DNA of 64,000 nt, taken from sequence record PP989839.1. The stretch is one strand, 5' to 3'. Shown piece after piece: positions 59,633-64,000 of this stretch. Position numbers and translations under genes: made by a program. The notes under the pieces are model-generated. The model was not told the DNA's origin and did no database searches. It saw only the letters and a list, made by a program, of their open reading frames with translations. The first letter of the stretch is position 1, and each line of letters opens with the position of its first letter. This stretch comes from Escherichia phage VTCCBPA_322.

Positions 59633-60139
59633 TTATTTTGAAGGTCTAGCAGCTACTGGTTGGTTTTCCTGGTTCTGATACTTGCCATTGTAATTAGCAG
59701 GTTCCTGAACCAGATGAAATAATACTTGAGCTATCCCAGCACCAGCCGGGATATGTAGTTTTTTACGACCATGATAGACCAGTTCAAGGGTAAGATACCC
59801 TTTCCATCCTGGTTCTATTACGGTATTAAACACTGATAATGCACGTCTTGCCCACGTAGACTTATCGTGAACGATAGCTACACAGGAAGGAGACATGTTG
59901 AACTTCTCAATTGCTGAAGCCAAGGTGAACTTACCGAGATGGTGTGATACTTGATTCCCATCAACGACTTTCACCATTGGAATCAACCCAAATAAGCGAT
60001 AGAAGGTAATATCTTGTTTGATACGAATATCGTAACCAGCTTCACCCAATCCATAGCTTACACCATGCTCGGATACCTTGCGGTCTGGGATATCCAGCAA
60101 CTGAGATGAACGGTATAGAGAATTACCATTAACAACCAT
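59633..60139 (-). CDS. dCTP deaminase (dUTPase-fold)
   Basis: GYDIRI, VIEPGWKGYLTLELVY and IPAGAGIAQVLF match conserved dCTP deaminase segments. Confidence 0.65.
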   Translation of the reverse strand: MVVNGNSLYRSSQLLDIPDRKVSEHGVSYGLGEAGYDIRIKQDITFYRLFGLIPMVKVVDGNQVSHHLGKFTLASAIEKFNMSPSCVAIVHDKSTWARRALSVFNTVIEPGWKGYLTLELVYHGRKKLHIPAGAGIAQVLFHLVQEPANYNGKYQNQENQPVAARPSK

Positions 60140-61314
60140 TATTTCATTCCTTTAGGGATATGAACTACCTCCCCAAAAGGTACGGTAGCATTGGGATTAT
60201 TCAGAACACACCAGATGATAGGAATATCAAATGGTAATTCTTCCATAGGATGAACATACATATCGGAGAATATGATTGCAGCAGTTGGTTTATTCTTAAT
60301 AATCCAATCACGTACTGGCACAAGGCTTGTACCACCACGACCAGTAATCTTAATCTCTTCAAAAGTATCTTCTTCAGTGATGTCTATTTCTTCTTGGATA
60401 ATATCGTCGAAGGTAATTAGGGACATCTTCTTAGGATTGAACTGGCTCTTAACGTAGGCAACCTCTGAGTTAAATCGCAGAGAGTCTGCACTACTAATAG
60501 AACCAGATACATCCTCAAAGTAGGCCAAGTGTCGTAAACGTCCTTCATCATCTTCCAGTGAAGGTAGATAAATGTCAGTGTAACGACGGTTAGGTCTGGC
60601 CCACGTATAATGAGTATCATCAATGTCGGTAAAGAAGTTCATCAGAACTTCCTGCCATGGAACCACTGGTTTGAGGAATTGGGTAATAACCTCTTCCATA
60701 CGACCAGCACCTTTACCAGGCAATGTTCCACCAGCCATTTTCTGGCTCTGCATTGCACGTACTACGTTGTTGACGACAGCACCCTGGGACTGCCCCGAAG
60801 TGGGGGATTTCATGTCGCCAGCAAGACCTGCTCCAGCACCCCCTGACGGCTTCTGCCTTTTCTGAGGGTTCTTCATCAAGTCATCGTAGATGTCTTCTTC
60901 GACCCACCCTTTGTATTGTGGGTCTTTGCAAATACCTTCATCAATGCCAGTGAACTTGTAACCATCTTCTTCTAACTGAAGGTTAATGAAGTGGTCACAT
61001 GCCTGGTTCCAGATTTCTGGGTCACGGCTTCCACGACGAATATCGTGTAGGTATGCCACATGCCAAAGTTCATGCATTAATACTGTTTTTCTTGCATCTG
61101 GGCACATCCAGATGAAGAAATCAGGATTGAAATGGAGTTCTATCCCATCAGTACATGCAGTGGGACAATCCTCACGTTTCCATGAGAACTTAAGACTACA
61201 TAGTAATGAACCAAAGAACGCAGCAGACTTGCCTAGGAAAGCCTGAGCTTGAATACGGTCATACTCACGCATGAGTTGTTCATCACTAAGGGAGTGCTGA
61301 GGAAATTGGTTCAT
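60139..61314 (-). CDS. VWA-like protein with N-terminal HExxH metallopeptidase-like motif (partner of the AAA+ ATPase)
   Basis: 391 aa; MHELWHVAYLHD (HExxH); C-terminal acidic segment LITFDDIIQEEIDITEED; directly downstream of the MoxR-like gene. Confidence 0.5.
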   Translation of the reverse strand: MNQFPQHSLSDEQLMREYDRIQAQAFLGKSAAFFGSLLCSLKFSWKREDCPTACTDGIELHFNPDFFIWMCPDARKTVLMHELWHVAYLHDIRRGSRDPEIWNQACDHFINLQLEEDGYKFTGIDEGICKDPQYKGWVEEDIYDDLMKNPQKRQKPSGGAGAGLAGDMKSPTSGQSQGAVVNNVVRAMQSQKMAGGTLPGKGAGRMEEVITQFLKPVVPWQEVLMNFFTDIDDTHYTWARPNRRYTDIYLPSLEDDEGRLRHLAYFEDVSGSISSADSLRFNSEVAYVKSQFNPKKMSLITFDDIIQEEIDITEEDTFEEIKITGRGGTSLVPVRDWIIKNKPTAAIIFSDMYVHPMEELPFDIPIIWCVLNNPNATVPFGEVVHIPKGMK

Positions 61315-61318
61315 TGTT

Positions 61319-62371
61319 TTATCCGTGAAGGTAACGAGAGATATTAGCAGCAGCCTTACGCCATTCAGGGGTAGCCTGAAGTTCTGGCAATGCTCTACCT
61401 ACTGTACGGAAGTACAGAATCTTATGAGTGAACGTTTTAAATCGTTCAATGTACTGAAGAACATCAGCGAAGTTCTCTTCAGTAGTTTTGTTAGCCAGAT
61501 GGTTAACGGTAGCCCAGCACAGGTTGTTATCTTCTGGTAGTGCACAGCCCAAGGGGTCTTTTACTACCTTTTCAATCGTAATCATACGATTGTATACCTG
61601 AGTAAATTGAACAAACTCTGTAGCCTTACCAGCAGTAACGTGCCCTGCATAGTAGATAGAATCTTCGTCAGGCAGAGCACCTTCAGGGCGGTTCTTAAGG
61701 TCTTTGTTAACAAAGTCCCAGGTACGAGGGCAACAGAACGTTTTATTCTTATGTGCTGGGTCAAAGTCATGCAGATAACCGGGGTTAGCATGTAAGAATG
61801 CAACCAGACGTTCATCCCATTCTTGAGGAATCATTACGTCTTCAACAAAAATGTCGAAGTTGAGTTCCATTTCGAAGTGGACAACACGAGACTGCATTGC
61901 AGTACCCAGTGGGTTAACGATGGCACGGTCAGTAGCTTTGTTACCTGCACATATAATCATCACATTAGGATGAAGTTTTTTCTGACCAGTCATACGGTCT
62001 AAAATCAGTTTATATGCAGCAGCTACTACTTCTTTTCTGGCTGAGTTGAACTCATCAAGGAACAGGAGCCAACCATTATATCCTTCCGGTACTTTATCTC
62101 CCTCAATAGGGAATAAGTCAGCGAATGGGATAAACTCTGCACGGTCACCATTACGGAATGGTAGGCCAGACAAGTCTTCCGGGGCAGAAGTAGACAGACG
62201 ATGGTCTATCAGCTTCATACCAAATTCTTCTGCAACAGAGCGAATGATTGCAGATTTACCCATACCTGGTGATGAAGTCAGGAACGGTACGTTACCTGCT
62301 TGCAGGGCACGGATAATAAAGTTACGGGCCTGACGTGTATTACATACGGTCAGTGAGTCAATGCTCGCCAT
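61319..62371 (-). CDS. MoxR-like AAA+ ATPase
   Basis: Walker A SSPGMGKSAI; Walker B LLFLDEFNS; sensor-1-like ICAGN; Arg-finger-like TAMQSR. Confidence 0.65.
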   Translation of the reverse strand: MASIDSLTVCNTRQARNFIIRALQAGNVPFLTSSPGMGKSAIIRSVAEEFGMKLIDHRLSTSAPEDLSGLPFRNGDRAEFIPFADLFPIEGDKVPEGYNGWLLFLDEFNSARKEVVAAAYKLILDRMTGQKKLHPNVMIICAGNKATDRAIVNPLGTAMQSRVVHFEMELNFDIFVEDVMIPQEWDERLVAFLHANPGYLHDFDPAHKNKTFCCPRTWDFVNKDLKNRPEGALPDEDSIYYAGHVTAGKATEFVQFTQVYNRMITIEKVVKDPLGCALPEDNNLCWATVNHLANKTTEENFADVLQYIERFKTFTHKILYFRTVGRALPELQATPEWRKAAANISRYLHG

Positions 62372-62405
62372 TTACTTACTCTCCTAAAGTTAATGGAATT
62401 ACTAA

Positions 62406-62732
62406 TTAAGATTTAATACAAGGGTATGCTGTATCAATTGCCAGCAGAACCATGTCTGATGGTACTTTTACTGCATTAACCTTTCGGTCGTACAGAATAA
62501 TAGTGGCTACTTTGTCAAAGACATTTCCTAACTTTAAACTATCTGGTACGCAGTTTTTGCCTGCTTCTACACCCATAGTAACCATGCCCATGAAGTAACC
62601 TTGGTTCACAAAGCTATCATTCCCGGCCTTATAAGCAGCAGCAGCTTCCAATAAGGTTTCACGGCTGGATGCTTGAGCATTGAATGACAGAGCTGATAAA
62701 GCTACTACAGCAACAGCAATTAAAGTTTTCAT
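62406..62732 (-). CDS. small secreted (periplasmic) protein
   Basis: 108 aa; signal-peptide-like MKTLIAVAVVALSALSFNAQA; two Cys in the mature part. Confidence 0.45.
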   Translation of the reverse strand: MKTLIAVAVVALSALSFNAQASSRETLLEAAAAYKAGNDSFVNQGYFMGMVTMGVEAGKNCVPDSLKLGNVFDKVATIILYDRKVNAVKVPSDMVLLAIDTAYPCIKS

Positions 62733-62918
62733 TTAGTTACCTTTTAACTCGTTGAGTTGAAGTACTCCGGTAGGGGTTAATGACCACCCAAGACCAGCGT
62801 TGAACTGTACTAGGCCCAGTTTCTTAAGAGACTGTGCGGTTTTGTTATTACGGTTGCTGGTGGCAGAGCCACCTTGAACCATACGAAGGAAGATTGCTTG
62901 GGACTGAGTTAATTTCAA
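62733..62918 (-). CDS. small hypothetical protein
   Basis: 61 aa; abuts downstream gene. Confidence 0.35.
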   Translation of the reverse strand: MKLTQSQAIFLRMVQGGSATSNRNNKTAQSLKKLGLVQFNAGLGWSLTPTGVLQLNELKGN

Positions 62919-63124
62919 AGGTAATATCCTTCCAGGTTTATTGGTGTTACAAATGTACTAGCTGATAGACAGAAAGACTTACCAGTTTCTACAGCAACAG
63001 CAGCAGGCTTACCATCGGGTAAGTGAATCTTTAAACATACTGACTGGTTATATATAAAACCACAGGCAGGTTGCACATCACCGAAGGTCACTTCATTGCT
63101 TTCAGAACGATTCGTTACTTTCAT
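62915..63124 (-). CDS. small hypothetical protein
   Basis: 69 aa; ATGA-type overlaps both sides. Confidence 0.35.
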   Translation of the reverse strand: MKVTNRSESNEVTFGDVQPACGFIYNQSVCLKIHLPDGKPAAVAVETGKSFCLSASTFVTPINLEGYYL

Positions 63125-63309
63125 TTCTTCTCCGGTACGAACTGCATTACACAGTTTTGATTACGAGGGATATTCAATTCACATTCATGCTTGAGGGTTT
63201 GCGTTACAGAATTTGGAGTAGAACCAAAGTAGGTATTAGAAATAGCTACGAATCCTGCACCTATCAAACCACCTAGTAAGAATGAGAAAAATGCAATCTC
63301 TTTATACAT
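63121..63309 (-). CDS. small membrane protein
   Basis: 62 aa; N-terminal TM helix IAFFSFLLGGLIGAGFVAI. Confidence 0.35.
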   Translation of the reverse strand: MYKEIAFFSFLLGGLIGAGFVAISNTYFGSTPNSVTQTLKHECELNIPRNQNCVMQFVPEKK

Positions 63310-63332
63310 TTCCTGGCTCCAGGATGTTTAAG

Positions 63333-63364
63333 TCAAAAAAAGACCTCCCTTCAATAGGGAGGTC
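63333..63364 (-). terminator. rho-independent terminator on - strand (GACCTCCC-TCAATA-GGGAGGTC then TTTTTTTGA)
   Basis: 8-bp stem 63343-63350/63357-63364; long U-run in - orientation; downstream of the Ig-like gene. Confidence 0.6.
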
Positions 63365-63414
63365 AAACTTGAGGGTTTCATTTCAGGGTTTATAACCCCA
63401 AACAAAGGATACCC

Positions 63415-64000
63415 TTATTCTGCAACAGTAACAGCGATGGTTACATCGACCGTACCGTTGGTAACTACTACAGAAGTATCTTCGCCAGCAGCTACCGGTT
63501 TAACCGTCAGTACGTTACCAGCAATGGTAGCTGTAGCACGAGCAGAATCTGGGGCAGTTTTAATAGACAATGTACCAGCAGAAGAACCAACAGGCATAGC
63601 AGCAATGGTTACAGTCTTACCGGCAGCAGTATCATCAGCAACAGACAGAGCCAGTGAATCAGGAGTAGCTACCAGTGAGCTTGCTTCGTAGTAGCCTACA
63701 GCCAGCAGAGACTCATCTTCTACAGTGGTTCCATTAGCATCAGTAACAATTACTTTATAAGTACCGGCAGAAGCAGCTGTTACGTTGTTAAGGGTCAACG
63801 TTGCAGTAGCAGCGGATGCGTTATCACCAGAATCAATATCGGCGAATACTGCACCGGCAGTATCGGCTTTAAATTGCCATTTATAAGTAAATGGTGCTTT
63901 ACCACCTGCTACATCAACATGCCAGTTAATGTCTTCGCCTTCGATAGCAGAGACTACACGAGGCAGTTTAGTAGCAATAGTCAGTCGTGGAGTAGCTTTC
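63415..64000 (-). CDS. Ig-like domain protein, 5'-truncated at window edge (capsid decoration protein candidate)
   Basis: Frame open from 63415 to window end; track M at 63798 is an internal TTG; Ig-like strands (FTYKWQF...TLNNVTAASAGTYKVIVTDANGT). Confidence 0.45.
   Translation of the reverse strand, partial: KATPRLTIATKLPRVVSAIEGEDINWHVDVAGGKAPFTYKWQFKADTAGAVFADIDSGDNASAATATLTLNNVTAASAGTYKVIVTDANGTTVEDESLLAVGYYEASSLVATPDSLALSVADDTAAGKTVTIAAMPVGSSAGTLSIKTAPDSARATATIAGNVLTVKPVAAGEDTSVVVTNGTVDVTIAVTVAE

Noticed and set aside
1-64000. CRISPR arrays, integrase/attachment sites, rRNA genes, transposases
   Set aside because: No spaced direct-repeat arrays, no recombinase-like ORFs and no rRNA-like conserved stretches seen; the gene content is that of a strictly lytic phage.

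Overview
The window reads as most (~64 kb) of an N4-like (Schitoviridae-type) lytic podophage genome. The hallmark is a single ~3,570-codon ORF (25896-36608, +), interpreted as the virion-encapsidated RNA polymerase. The + strand from 3.1 to 36.6 kb carries the late module: terminase small and large subunits, two large tail/tailspike genes, a lysis cassette (membrane protein, holin, GH108 endolysin, Rz with embedded Rz1), portal, scaffold-like protein, major capsid protein, virion proteins, then vRNAP. The - strand from 64.0 down to 36.6 kb carries the replication and nucleotide-metabolism module (Ig-like protein, MoxR-like AAA+ plus VWA/HExxH protein, dCTP deaminase, Imm-like membrane protein, ThyX, rIIA/rIIB-like, helicase, family A DNA polymerase, PD-(D/E)xK nuclease, primase-like, Sak4-like ATPase, SSB-like, RuvC-like). 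The two arms converge on a bidirectional terminator at 36616-36635. A third block on the - strand (2938 down to 1) holds a tandem array of six paralogous small early-type genes. The most unusual region is an ORF-poor ~1.8 kb stretch (37441-39240) carrying three tandem tRNA-like elements on the - strand, two of them 124 and 128 nt long with exact 7-bp acceptor stems and encoded CCA but no canonical cloverleaf. No integrase, CRISPR array or rRNA was seen. All calls are from manual reading of the sequence and ORF track; no database search or RNA-folding program was run, and start codons are approximate (the ORF track translates TTG/GTG as M).
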